A stretch of 62,986 nucleotides of DNA, counting the filler, from Bigelowiella natans CCMP2755 (taxonomy: Eukaryota > Protista > Cercozoa): assembly GCA_000320545.1 (NCBI GenBank). It is 8 parts of 8 records of this genome, joined end to end, with 100 filler letters (N's around TTAATTAATTAA, not from the genome) between each part and the next. Parts side by side here need not be neighbours in the genome. Positions count along the whole stretch, not along the records: positions 30,092 to 39,184 come from ADNK01000395.1; positions 39,285 to 45,837 come from ADNK01001955.1; positions 45,938 to 53,268 come from ADNK01001490.1; 5 more parts are not named here. One strand, 5' to 3'. The notes under the pieces are model-generated. The model saw only the letters and a program-made list of their open reading frames with translations. It did not search any database and was not told where the DNA came from. Below, piece by piece: positions 34,031-46,399 of this stretch (positions within the stretch are counted from its first letter, which is position 1; each line of letters begins with the position of its first letter). Made by a program: the position numbers and the translations under genes.

Positions 34031-35211
34031 GCGCTCTCTCTCTCTCTCTCTCAACATCTTGGTCATCATTCCTTGTCCATCGTTCTTACTTAGAAAGATC
34101 GGCAGAGCCTCCATCGCCGCTGCATTTGTCAATAGAAGCGTGACCTAGTCCAAGAAAGAAGCCAAATTGTAAAGCAGTAGCAGCTAGCAGCAGTGAAAAG
34201 AAATCGATGGTGATGTTGTTGTGATACAACCAAGAGAAGATGATGATTCTTCAACACGGGCTTGACGGTTTCTGCGTATCCTCTCATTGTGGGATCCGGG
34301 GATTGTTGCCCTGAGAATCATGAAGTCGCACATGATCATCGATCATTCCTTTCGTCACTTTGCGGCTACTATCGAGCCACGGCCCATCGTTTGATGGCTA
34401 CCTTCTGTTAACAGCTTCAGCTTCAACTCATCTATACTGAAGTAACCGACCGTGAGTCCGGACATCAGACCACCTGTATGCATGATATGAAAACTTAAAA
34501 ACACAAAGTAACGATCATGAATTGAGCACCCCCCCCGCCGCCCTCGCTTGAAATCTGGCGCTCAATGATGAAAGATGTGTGAGTTGCTAATAACTTTTCC
34601 ATCGAATTTTATTAGTTGTGATAAATGTCTGTCTATAAACGACCCAGACAGACGAGTCCCATGCATATCGCTGCGTATATCCTGAACAAACAACACACAT
34701 TCTCGCTCACCGACACTGAGATCATGGGCTGCAATAATGAGTGCAACTGCAGAGCATCGACGCAACGCACCAAAATTCTGCAGATTGGGGAGAAATTTTC
34801 CCTTCCTCCTCCTCAGCCAGAAGGACGGGCCTCCCCTGGGTGCTGTACGTGCCCTTTCGATCGGTGTCAGCAGAGAATTGCAAGGGGTCTGCTGCCGACC
34901 CTGTCTTTAGCGTATAAATCCGCCCTTGATACAAAATTGTGTCCTGATTTCGAAGGGCGTTGATAGCCTGTGGAGAGAAATGTGTGAGAACGATGAGGAG
35001 ACAGGAAAGAGACACTACTACTACTACTACTTCTACTACTACTCGAAAGGTATCAAGCACAACAGGACGCCTCTATCTTGCCAGCTACCTCCCACTCGCT
35101 TGCTGTGTTCTTCTGATGGGGCTGGGGAAATGCCTTTGCGCCTGTGGCGAATATTGACGCCATTGCCAGGATTCCAAAGATGCCCAGGAGCTGTGAATGG
35201 ACGATGACCAT
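30200..35211 (-). CDS. CNNM: CNNM/DUF21-CBS metal transporter (MAM3/CNNM family) with signal peptide
   Basis: Exons give MVIVHSQLLGIFGILAMASIFATGAKA; GLMSGLTVGYFSIDELKLK; YAETVKPVLKNHHLLLVTLLLTNAAAMEALPIFL; VTFVLAFGEVIPQAIC; YPIAKLLDLILG...RRAELK; IMQGALDLKTKTVEDIMTP; SGHSRVPVY; LFQIGRSHMALV; GILTIEDVIEELISEDIVDETD. 3' end uncertain. Confidence 0.9.
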
Positions 35212-35618
35212 ACTGCTCGCTTGTTCGTTGATCGGCTGCAGAGGGGGACAGCGGCTGCTTAATCTGGATCCTCCTGGAAAAGATCAACTACGTCGATCCT
35301 GTCGCGTAAATCTGCAAAATATAGTTGTCGCAGGGTCATGGTCGCAGTAGATTTCTCCCGATTTTTAGCGCGTGCGGCAACTTGTCGCGATCAACGGTCG
35401 ATTATTCCAGGAGTGCAGGCAATCTTTTGGAATTTCCCAATCGAAGGGAAATATGACGGTGCGACAACGTTTTTCAGAGTGATAAAGACAGAAAACTGCA
35501 CGAGTCTGCGAAAACCTCCCCTTCCCCCACAGGAGAATTACGTTCACAGCGCTTATTACGTCGGAAGGACACTAGCGCGCGCCCCCTTTCTCCTTCCCTA
35601 GCGCCATCCAACTCTGCA
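35212..35618. promoter_or_regulatory. Probable bidirectional promoter between CNNM (-) and ABHD17-like (+)
   Basis: 407-bp microsatellite-free gap between divergent ATGs; contains GGAATTTCCC at 35429-35438. Confidence 0.5.
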
Positions 35619-36019
35619 ATGGGGGCCCGACTTGTCAACAAGTTCCTATATCCTGCTCCTAATCCTCCACACTACGAGTACGATGAAAACAGGATTAAAA
35701 GAAGACAGCGGATAATAATAGCCACTAACTTGATAGGATGATTTATCTAAAATCTGTGTTCTCTGTAGATGCGATAGCTTTCCCAACCATATTATCTGGA
35801 TTCCTCGAAAGGATGAGAAGGTGTCATTGTGTTTTTGTGAGATGTGCTTTTCTCTTCTAAACGCTCTTGCCTCTGGGGCCTTCTTCCTTTTTAACGCAGG
35901 GCTGCATCCCTTCGTTAATGATACGCTGTCCCGGGTATGTATAAATAGTCGGTCTACTTTATTTTCCTAACGGGCTAGCACTTTCGAATACTCAACCACA
36001 TGGACATCGAAATCACACA

Positions 36020-36053
<34 letters not shown>

Positions 36054-37016
36054 TATGTGCACATTTACTTACAATGTAAATATGAAGGGCGAAGAACTTG
36101 ATTATATACGCGCACGGCAACGGATGTGACATCGGCGATATGAAGGTTTGCATGCTTCTTCCTGAATAAACCAACGATGAGTTCCCATGAAAGAACACGT
36201 GCTGCCATCATCTCAGATGGAACTGGACTATTTCTCCCACACCCTCCAAGCACACATCTGCGCCTTTGAATTGCGGGGCTATGGGTCAGCATCCATCGCA
36301 CAACTAATCACTTGGAGAGAAACGATTCGCCGTCCTAAAATTGCATTCTTGCCTGGATGCGATCATCGCTCCTCTAATGCTGATAGATTTAACCCTGGGC
36401 TCCCGTCCGAAAAGGACATTTGTTCGGACATCATGGACGTGTATGAATACTTTACGAAGAAGGTAGTGCGGATTATTATCCTCTCCCCCCCCCCCCCCCC
36501 CCCTTGTGCGATTTCTTCATGCGCCCACCTACGATATGCTATATCGCAGAACCCCGACGGGAAGTTTCCGACTCAGAATATCATGTTATGGGTAATATAT
36601 CTCCTCCTCCTCCTCCTCCTCCTCCTCCTCCTCCTTAAACGATGCCGCCTTTGTTTGTTTTCACGGGTTTTGGTATACGCTTGGAGGATGATGCTGAAGC
36701 ATATGTTTATGCGTCGTCGCTGATGTTGTGTATGGTGACAACCCAGGGCCGTTCCATTGGTTCTGGTCCGACGACTTGGCTCGCATCCACACTCGCAGAG
36801 CAGAAAACTGACATTGCAGGCTTGATCTTGCAGAGGTGTGGTGATGATCATGGTGACGATGGCGATGGTCACTAGCTACCATGCTGCGAACGAAAGTGGA
36901 TCCGTTTCCTTAGAGGGGGGGGGGTTTGGGGGGGCAGAGTGTATGCCAAGTGACTCCATCATATAAGGAACAGCTACCCCGTCGTAGTGCAAATGATACA
37001 TATTGCACCTCGTGCA

Positions 37017-37047
<31 letters not shown>

Positions 37048-37634
37048 CATGGCGTGTCTTTCGTCTCTTTCCTGTTGTTGCATAGTTTTGTTGGCATCGC
37101 CCTCCTCCATAGCCGTTGTTTGCTATATCCTCTCCCCACACAAACATTCACTCAGCCCTTTCACGTCCATTAAAGGAGCTGCGCAGCATATAGCGGGGTA
37201 CTACGACAATTCTAAAGCTTTCGTTGAATGGATTTGCTACTCGTCCGTCCAATTAGTGCAGTTCTCGTTCTTCTTCCGATCTTTACTTTGTTTGCTGATT
37301 TACCCCGTATTACTAAGAAAGCTGCCTTATTCTTTTTGCTCTTGTTTACTGCGACTTTGCAGCTCGACCGTGTCCGTGTTCCTATCCAACAGATGGAAGT
37401 AAGAGCACCATTTCATCCGCGTGGCGAAGGAGCTCGAGCAGTCCTTTTTCTTCTGTTTTTCCTTTTGTTTCCCCTTTTTGGAGTGAGTCGTGGGCAAGAT
37501 TCGGTTGTTTACACCGAGGAGACGTCATCGCGATCATTGTGTGCAGCACGCCTTCACACTACTTCTTTCTCCATCAGCAACCAGAATAGAATAAAGGCTG
37601 TGAAATCTCCAGTACTTATAATTCATGGTAGGAA

Positions 37635-37666
<32 letters not shown>

Positions 37667-38059
37667 ATAGTAGTGTAGTAGAAGTAGATGTTGTAATTGT
37701 TGTAGTAGTTCTCCCTCTCTACCCCCCCCCCCCCCAACTCCCAAGCGGGGGGTCACCGATCGATGTATGTGCAAACGAAATACATCAGGGAAAAAGGATA
37801 CCCTTATCCCTCATTCTCATGGCGAGGTAGTACCTCGAGCTCGTAGTCGGCTTTCCTCCTCCTCCTCCTCCTTCTTCCTCCTCTCCTCCTTAGCACAGTA
37901 GTGGATGATGTAGGATGAGTGTGCCATCCCACATATTATCGTAGAAATGTATTTGTAGTTATTCTTCGTTCGTTCGTTCGTTCGTTCGTTTCTTCCTCAC
38001 TTAGGCCTTGCATAAGGCTTGTGGGTCCATGAACAAGCGGTTAGACGATCTACTGCTCA

Positions 38060-38125
<66 letters not shown>

Positions 38126-38158
38126 CACACCATTTGTTGTCATTTTATCACCAACCAG

Positions 38159-38192
<34 letters not shown>

Positions 38193-38723
38193 GTCAGCCT
38201 GCATCTTTCGGAGACGGCGGACCATAACCGCTTCGAATTCACAGGCGATATCATCAAGGTGCTGGTGTGTGCGTGCAGTGTGGTGGAGGTGCTGTTTGTT
38301 GATGCTACAGCCTCGTTGCGCGCAGCTCCTCGGTCACAACACCAACGTCTGATTTTATCACTCATTGTCACTTCCTATAGTGTGACATACGAATCCCACT
38401 CTCCATTATTACCAACCCCCCCCTCCCTCGCTTTCATCAGCCTGTGACTCAGTTTGTAGATGAGCTATGCTCGAACTCGTTCGATTGGGGGGAGAGAGTG
38501 AGCGCGAAGTGCCCTTCCAGGTGGGCTGCTTTGCTAAAAAATAATGTTATTATGTAATAACGTGTATTATCGTGTCTGCACTCTTTGACGTCAACGTCAT
38601 ACAGCCTGTATAAGATACCGGAGTACGCGAAGAAGATGCACGCAAAAGCCCGGCAGGTTGTCGAATCATTCGTTTATCACGACGGCATCGTCGAGAATGC
38701 GTCTGTGCGTACGTGTTGCATTT

Positions 38724-38770
<47 letters not shown>

Positions 38771-39089
38771 TACTCCCTTGCTCTGGATGTAATTGTAGAA
38801 TTAAAATATTGACACTTTCCTCCTTTCCTTTGTCCTTCCCCCCCCCTATTCCCCCCCCCCCCCTTTCCAAAACTCTACAATCTTGCCCTCTGGCCGCCAG
38901 GAGAATAAAATAAGAGAGGGGGAGAACCCTGGGTCCTATTTCCCGTTAAGGTACGCTCGCTTATTTTATCGCTCACGAAATGATGCTTGTTATGCTCGCT
39001 CTTATGATTACTATTCCCGTGTGAGGATGGTATGTGACACGTTTAAACGCCGCAACCACAGAAGAATGGCCATTCTTCCGAGTGGTTGA
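35619..39089 (+). CDS. ABHD17: ABHD17-like alpha/beta hydrolase (protein depalmitoylase family)
   Basis: MGARLVNKFLYPAP; LIIYAHGNGCDIG; AFELRGYG; PSEKDICSDI; WGRSIGSGPT (Ser); GLILQSPFTSI; PVLIIHGKKDTLIP (Asp); ADHN (His). Final exons uncertain. Confidence 0.85.
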
Positions 39090-39184
39090 TAATCCTTTCC
39101 TTTTCCCCCCCCTGCATGGATAGACGACTCCCCAAACCTCGCCCAGCCGTTCATATTTGTCGTTGTACTTGTTCCTCAGACTAA

Positions 39185-39284
39185 NNNNNNNNNNNNNNNN
39201 NNNNNNNNNNNNNNNNNNNNNNNNNNNNTTAATTAATTAANNNNNNNNNNNNNNNNNNNNNNNNNNNNNNNNNNNNNNNNNNNN
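39185..39284. other. Artificial contig spacer
   Basis: N44-TTAATTAATTAA-N44. Confidence 0.98.
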
Positions 39285-39360
<76 letters not shown>

Positions 39361-39399
39361 AATCTTTATATTTTGGAGTTGTTTCATTACATCAAATTA

Positions 39400-40167
39400 C
39401 TTACACACTACTACCTCATCAAACACTTTCAATTTGCTTTCATCAGCGGCGGAATCCTACTCACCAAACATGAAATAAACCATTCATCCCATCTCTTGTT
39501 CCTCTCTCCCTCCCTCCCTGTCCCCCTCCCTCTTGCACATGCACACAAACATGTAAGACAACAAGCTTAGTGGGGTGGGAATAATGATAACGAAGATAGA
39601 GGGGTCTCTAACTACCTTATATATCTTCGTGACACAGAACTTTTGAGTGTAAGTAGGGTCGGGATCTACTCTTGCCCCCACGCCTTAGCGTAGTGATGAC
39701 GCGATCATGATGATGATGATGATGATAAGGAGAAGGGGGGGGAGGATTACGGTTATAATGCAATTCTCAGTATATTGACGATGATAATGGGGAGTGGTGT
39801 AGTAGTTTGTTTAATGTGATAATGATGACGACGAAGACGATGATGATGATGATGATGATGATATTGTTTAGCCATTCCTTCATCACCATCACTTTACTTT
39901 TGTTTTGGGGGAAGCTAACAGCATCATAACTTGCCGATGATGATAGTTTTGATGGGGCAACTAACAGCGATGGTCAGGGCATCACCATCTTCTTCTTCTC
40001 TTCTTCTTTTTCCTCTTCGTCATCATCATCTTGCAACTGCTATCTATCGCTGCTGTTTTGGTACAAAAGTTGACATACATTAATATAAAGCAAAAATAAA
40101 TACCAGTGGCATCTTTGTATTCAAGAGGATCCTGGAGCACACTTGGAACTGTACCTTTATTGGGTAT

Positions 40168-40203
<36 letters not shown>

Positions 40204-40286
40204 GGTCCATTTTATCAACGATGTTTCAATGAAAGGATGGATATCTACCATATAAATAAGAGAAGTGAGAAATATCCATCATCTAA

Positions 40287-40317
<31 letters not shown>

Positions 40318-40978
40318 TATCATTTGAACGTACGCCTGGAAGCTATGATAACGAGAAAAACCATGTTAAAAATAAATGATGTACAACGGGCTGCTGCAGA
40401 ATTATGATGATGTGGGTATACAAAGTATTGAATGGCATCATTCACAATAAAGTAATATCTAAGGTGATGACAAACAAACAACCATATTTATAGGAGTAAG
40501 GCCTTTCAACGTAGCGATTTTGTGAGAGAACAACAGCTTGCCTTGTCGAAACTGCAACAATGCTACGGTAACTACAGTCATAATGAACCTGAAGAAGAGG
40601 AGGAGGATGATAACGAGGAGGAGGAGGAGGAGGAGGATGATAAATGATTTGCGTTCATATTGGTTGCATAATTGTCACTAAACATATAAATACTACCGAT
40701 TTTATAGACCAGGTATTTTGTTCTTCATCAGATCATGATGACAATTTGCTTAATATCACCGAAATTTGTTGGCCAGGCTTAATTTCAGGGCCCTTTCCCT
40801 CCTTGATGTCATAGAAACGGATGCCTGAATGCGTTTCTCCCCGCCATTCGAATTTCTCAGAAACATCAAACTCTGACAAAGGAACCTTTTTCCTGTGTTG
40901 GTTTACAATAATAGCATAAGGGTGAAATACACCAGTAGTGCCAGTACCGTTACACAGGAGAATTTGTGCTTTGTGTTC

Positions 40979-41016
<38 letters not shown>

Positions 41017-41462
41017 CGTTTTCGCAGTGTGAATTTGAGAAGCATGATTTGCAATATACCCATCACCGACAAATATCACGATTTCTTCTCTCTCACGCCA
41101 ATTTTACTACAGCTTCCAAAATGATACCGTGCATGTGCAGATAGAGGAGTGGTTAAGGCCATTATTTCAGGAACAAAAGCAGCTGTTCCAGTAACCATGC
41201 AACCCTAATTAAACGAGAGACTCTAGTCATCGCATACTCTCATCTAAAATGCACTGATATTATTACTCTAGTTCTCATACTGTTGTCTAAAAATCACTGA
41301 TATTGAGACTCTAGTGATCATACTTTCATCTAAAAAGCACTGATAGTGTTTGTGGGGGGGGTTTAGATGTACATGCCAAACCCATATGACAAGTCCTATC
41401 CTCGTATTGTCAAATTAATGTGTAGAATGAAAAGAGTGTAACATTGTGTGCGCACGCGTGTA

Positions 41463-41502
<40 letters not shown>

Positions 41503-41952
41503 TGTGCAACATCTATTATGTTTGAGCTTTAACGGACACTGTCATAAGGTGTCCAGATGGGATAGAAAGCCTTCATCGATATTAATAATACCTTTAAGAA
41601 ACTTCGCTTCTTTGACACTTGGTTGGTGTTGTCATCCTCTAAGTGTGCACTAGTATGTGGGGGAGGAGAAGGAGCGGCATTACCGCGTATACGATTCCTA
41701 ATCCGAGGAAGACACAAAATTAAACTTTCATTCAACCATAAAGGAAGGGAAAGGGCTCGCGTACATTCTCATTGCTAGTGCTTTTGTGGCAGTTGTTACT
41801 CCAATGCGGGATCTGGACGATGATGATGATGATGGTAGAGTGCGTCGACGTAGACACTGGGTGCCATTTGGACTGGTGCTAAGTCCTACCATCAAAATCC
41901 ACATCGTTGCAACAACAGCTGTCACGCCCATTAGATTAATCGGAAGCGGCAT
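39400..41952 (-). CDS. FKBP18: Thylakoid-lumen FKBP-type immunophilin, FKBP18-like; 3' exons uncertain
   Basis: SAHARKKVPLSEF...SGIRFYDIKEGKGPEIKPGQQISVHYDCSYRSIVAVSTRQAVVLSQNRYVERPYSYKYG matches the FKBP18 pattern (recalled as VHFDCxYRxITAISTR..LLAGNR.I.QPYEFKVG). N-terminus MPLPINLMGVTAVVATMWILMVGLS is signal-peptide-like. Confidence 0.85.
41217..41347. repeat. Degenerate 43-45-bp minisatellite x3 in an FKBP intron
   Basis: Three units sharing ACTCTAGT..CATACT..TCTAAAA..CACTGATA start at 41217, 41262 and 41305. Confidence 0.85.
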
Positions 41953-42367
41953 TGTAGTGGCTTTGTTACACGGTAAACGGGAAATTTGGGTGATTTGTGA
42001 GGGTTGGGGGGGGGTTGGTTGTGTGGTGGTCTGGTGGTCTGGTGGTTTGTCGGTCGGTGTCTTCTTCCTCGTAGGTACTAGATCTACTACTACTTAGTTC
42101 TTAGTTAGTTAGTTATTCTGTTCATCGGCTATCAAATTAATTATCACTAAAACAACAACAACAACAACAACAACTACAACTATAATTAATGACAATTAAT
42201 TCCAGGAGCAAACTCGATGTGCATTTCAGAAGAATGAAACAAATAGTGAAGTGCATTTTTACGTAAAGAACTGTTAGATGGTTAGTCCTAGGCTACATTT
42301 GGCCTGCGTTTGAGAACATGCATACCGATGATGTGTAGATTTTTTGCGCTTATTGTTTGGCGATATC

Positions 42368-44370
42368 ATGCGTGCGACAACAACTCAATTATCCTATTTG
42401 ACTCCCCCCCCCTGTTTCATATCTCCTCACAAGCTCTTATGTACCGCCCCTACGATTACAAGAAACGATCCACAAAGAAAGTCCTGCCAGCCCTTTGTGC
42501 AGTGGTAGAAATATACAGTCAGCAGTTGAATAGAGAATTATAATATTTGTCCTGCAGGTGGTATTGCTAGGGTTTCTGGGCATGCAAGGTAAATGGTGGT
42601 AGTAGTAGTAGTGGTAGTAGTAGTAGTAGTAGTAGTACCAAAGCGCAGCATCTTTGCCATGAACTCTGGATTTTTTAAATAATGATGACTTCTAGCTGCT
42701 TCATCAATTTGGAAAAAAAGAACAAAATAAGTTTGTAAGTCTTCAAACATCAAGTACGGTGCGCTGGCTTGTGCTTGCTGTTATGGCTTGTTCATCTAAA
42801 TTAAAAGGATAGCAGTCTCCACTCAAGTTATATTTTTTGACTGGTGTAGCAGATGTTCATTCAAAGACCCTAGGTTGGGGCTGGAGTGCAGCAAAACAGG
42901 AGGTAATAGATATTGCATTTTGTGGTTAGTGGCGATCATGAATTGAACTGAAAAATGTATCTAGATAACGTTTTCGCATACAATGAATTCGCAAATCGTC
43001 AGTCATCTTTTCTAGTTTGCGCTTGTCTACCATATGATGAGTTTTACGTCTACGTTTATCTTTAGATACAGTCCCCGTTGAATGAGTTTGTAGTCCGAAT
43101 ATAAATTGAACATATACACCTTATCTATTATTTTCCCTTCTCGGTCAATAATACCAGACTACTCCTAAGCCGTCGAAGAAATGCGAAATTTTGTCAAAGA
43201 TGACAAATGCCCAGAAGATAGGAGCTCTTAGCATTGGGTAGTAGCATGCATTCATCCGCTGCAAAGACATTAAAGAAAAATCAGTCTTTAATGTTGACGA
43301 AGAAAGCAAGCTCACAGCCCAAAAATAGGAACGAAAGTTTTTTCATAATTGTCAAACTGTCTGCATCAGTGTGCATCCCTTTGATGAACCATAGATCAGT
43401 ACTCTTGAGTTAATATGATAGTAACGTTTTTATTACTCAGGGCATTGGCTACGATGAAAATAGCCAGTTCGATTATCAAGAATGGTACTTCTTTTTCCTT
43501 CTTTGTTCTCCTGCAGCTGAATTTGCATCAAACAATGAAGGATGGGGCGTGGTTGTTTTGGGGTGGTTTTAAGTGATGATGTGTATAAACTACTTATCAT
43601 CATCCATCATCGCAGACAATGGGCCTTCTGGTTCTCTTCCAGGCCAAACGTTTGTTGGCTCTGGAATTCGTGCCAAGGGGCCTATTTCGGTACTACTACT
43701 ACTACTACTTCTACTTCTACTAGCTACTCGCTACTTGCTACTACCACGCAATAGCACAAACTTGGACGATTCTACTGCGCAGTGTTCATTTGCTGTTTAA
43801 CATCCTCCATTCATCATTATCCTGTTTTTCTGGCTACCATCAGCTTCATTCGTTCCACAAAAGCCTGATTAATTTTTCTGTTATTAGGTATACTCAATAC
43901 AGATGTTTGTTGGAAATCGAGCAAAATCGGCACTCTCTGCATTTAAAGGTATTCTATTGTGGTGTTGGCAGTAAGTGCAGTAGCATTAGGGTTATAGCTG
44001 GATTATTGTTCATAAGTTATCATTAGAATCATTATTAGAAACATTACTATTCCACCTTATATCCGGGACACGATTTCTTCTTCTAATTGAATAAATTGTC
44101 AGGCAAACAGTTGAAAGGTAATAAGGCTTTTGTGGAAGAATTTGAGAAGGGTAGCTTTCAGAAAACTATTCAGCTTAAGGTAGTAGTATTATTGGAGATG
44201 AATGAAACAGTACTCTACACGTCATGAATAGGAGGAGTAAAAAGAAATGCTTCATTCTTCATCATTATCAGGGTTTTTAAGATATCTTCATCTGTGTGAA
44301 ACATTATTTATCGTAGATGTTGCGAACGGTTGGCCCTCAAAAGATGATCACTTCCTTCAATGACGCAGGC
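42368..44370 (+). CDS. Possible subtelomeric multi-exon hypothetical gene
   Basis: GT-AG-bounded open segments (DVHSKTLGWGWSAAKQE; KIGALSIGALATMKIASSIIKN; DNGPSGSLPGQTFVGSG; KQLKGNKAFVEEFEK). No coherent full model or family. Confidence 0.3.
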
Positions 44371-45656
44371 ACTAGTTTTTCTTAGTATTTTGTGTAGCTA
44401 GATAGATGTACATTGGAAATTTTTTTAGAGTTTTTTGGTGAAAAGTAGTAGCGGCTGCATTAGAAATTTTAGCAATAACAGAAGGTTGTGATTGATATCA
44501 TCTCATCATGAAAAATAATTCGGTAGATTTGTCTCTCTATTATACCTATAATGATGATGATTTTTGCCTTGCGCTTGGTAGTTTCTTCGCGTGTTCCGAA
44601 GGCTACTTTCAAGAAAATATCTGGCAATCTCGACAATTTGCTATCGAAGTCCTTTACCCAGTCTACATCGACTAAAGGAACAGAAATTACTTTCTCTATG
44701 ACTGGAGGAACATCTTTCTCTATTTCTGTCAGCGGCAAGAACCAAGGTTGGGGTAGCATGATGTGGTAGGAATGGGATTGATGTTCAGATGATGTAGTAC
44801 TGAGTGGTCGAATCAAATGTGGGTTATGAAGCCATAATAGTTTACATGTGTATTCTTTCATCGTTTTTGTCAGGTTCCATTTGGAGTCCAGCATTGTGCA
44901 AAGCCTTCGCAGACATCTATGTTGGTCCAAACGCTGTGTCTAGCAGTGCCAGAGATTCCATAGTTGCCGGTGTCAGTGAAATGATCAATGCATAAAACAG
45001 TTGTCATCGATTGACGCTAGTGCGAGCATGGTTGCAGAGTGTCCACTGCACAATGTTTTGTGCATGAAAACTGCAATGCCTAAGTCAGGTTTTGTTTCAC
45101 AACAAAAAAGCTTCGCACTTGCGTTACCCCATGGTTCATCGTGGTTTGCTCGTTTGTTTGTCTCGCGATGACGTGGAACTGTCATCATTTCAACGATGTT
45201 GCATTCGATCGACAGAATGCACAGGCTTCAATTAATTCAAAACCATTTGATCAACAGATCATGCGCGCACTCCTCACTCTAGCACTGCGTGCACGCAGGC
45301 ACGTCATTGACATGCCATTCAAATGCCATGTGAGCTAGCTTGCACAAACTGCAGATGTGACACTGCACAAGTGCAATCAGATCACAGTTTCGTCAAACCT
45401 GCAACGAATCGCCAGAACATGCAGCTAGAAGCTTTTGCGCGCGACTAAGCGCGTCATGTGATGTGATGGACATTGGATTTGCTCGCATTTTTTTGAATTT
45501 TTTTCGTGCATCTCACATTTGGTCAAACACACGCGCAAAAGCATCATCAAAATGTGGCAGAGACCAAACGCGCAGCGTGCATCCTCTGCACAACGGGTGT
45601 GAATTTTCACACTTTGTGCGCTCACTGAGGCCTTGAAAATGGACATTTTTTTGGGG

Positions 45657-45836
45657 TTAGGGTTAGGGTTAGGGTTAGGGTTAGGGTTAGGGTTAGGGTT
45701 AGGGTTAGGGTTAGGGTTAGGGTTAGGGTTAGGGTTAGGGTTAGGGTTAGGGTTAGGGTTAGGGTTAGGGTTAGGGTTAGGGTTAGGGTTAGGGTTAGGG
45801 TTAGGGTTAGGGTTAGGGTTAGGGTTAGGGTTAGGG
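45657..45836 (+). repeat. Telomere, (TTAGGG)30, G-rich strand pointing to the contig end
   Basis: 30 perfect TTAGGG units ending at the contig end. Confidence 0.97.
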
Positions 45837-45837
45837 G

Positions 45838-45937
45838 NNNNNNNNNNNNNNNNNNNNNNNNNNNNNNNNNNNNNNNNNNNNTTAATTAATTAANNNNNNN
45901 NNNNNNNNNNNNNNNNNNNNNNNNNNNNNNNNNNNNN
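45838..45937. other. Artificial contig spacer
   Basis: N44-TTAATTAATTAA-N44. Confidence 0.98.
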
Positions 45938-46399
45938 CACAGGTTTAGTTACGCTTGCGCCCTTAGATTTTCTCACAGGTCCCAAAGTGTTAAGCTGAGT
46001 CATTGTCAACCACGCCCCCGTAAGAAAAAGAGGTTCCATAAATACTAAAATGGGATTCCGGGGGAATCTCCCACCGTAGCTATATGTGTGTAGACGAGCG
46101 AGTTTCCCTTCCGGTCACCACCATTTCTCGGAAGGTCTCCCCTTGGGCTGGACACGAGTAAAGGTTTTCAAAAGAAAAAAAAGAAAAAGGGGGTGGGGGG
46201 GGGGGGGGTGAATTGTTACTGTTGCTGGGATTGCTATTTCTCACAATTTTGTTCTTTCCTCCCTTTCAAATACAAGTTTTGTTGTTTCACATCGGTTAGA
46301 ATGTGTCGGAATGTAAGTGCATATTTAGCAATAGACAAAGCGAGAGAGAGGGAGAGGGAGAGAGAGAGAGGGGGGGGGATATAGGTCTTCTTTCTTACA

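Noticed and set aside
36013-36198. Minus-strand ORF starting MFFHGNS, resembling a hydrolase HGN motif
   Set aside because: The real motif (YAHGNGCDIG) is on the plus strand within the ABHD17-like model.
45633-45893. 86-aa (LG)n ORF
   Set aside because: Translation of TTAGGG repeats running into the spacer.
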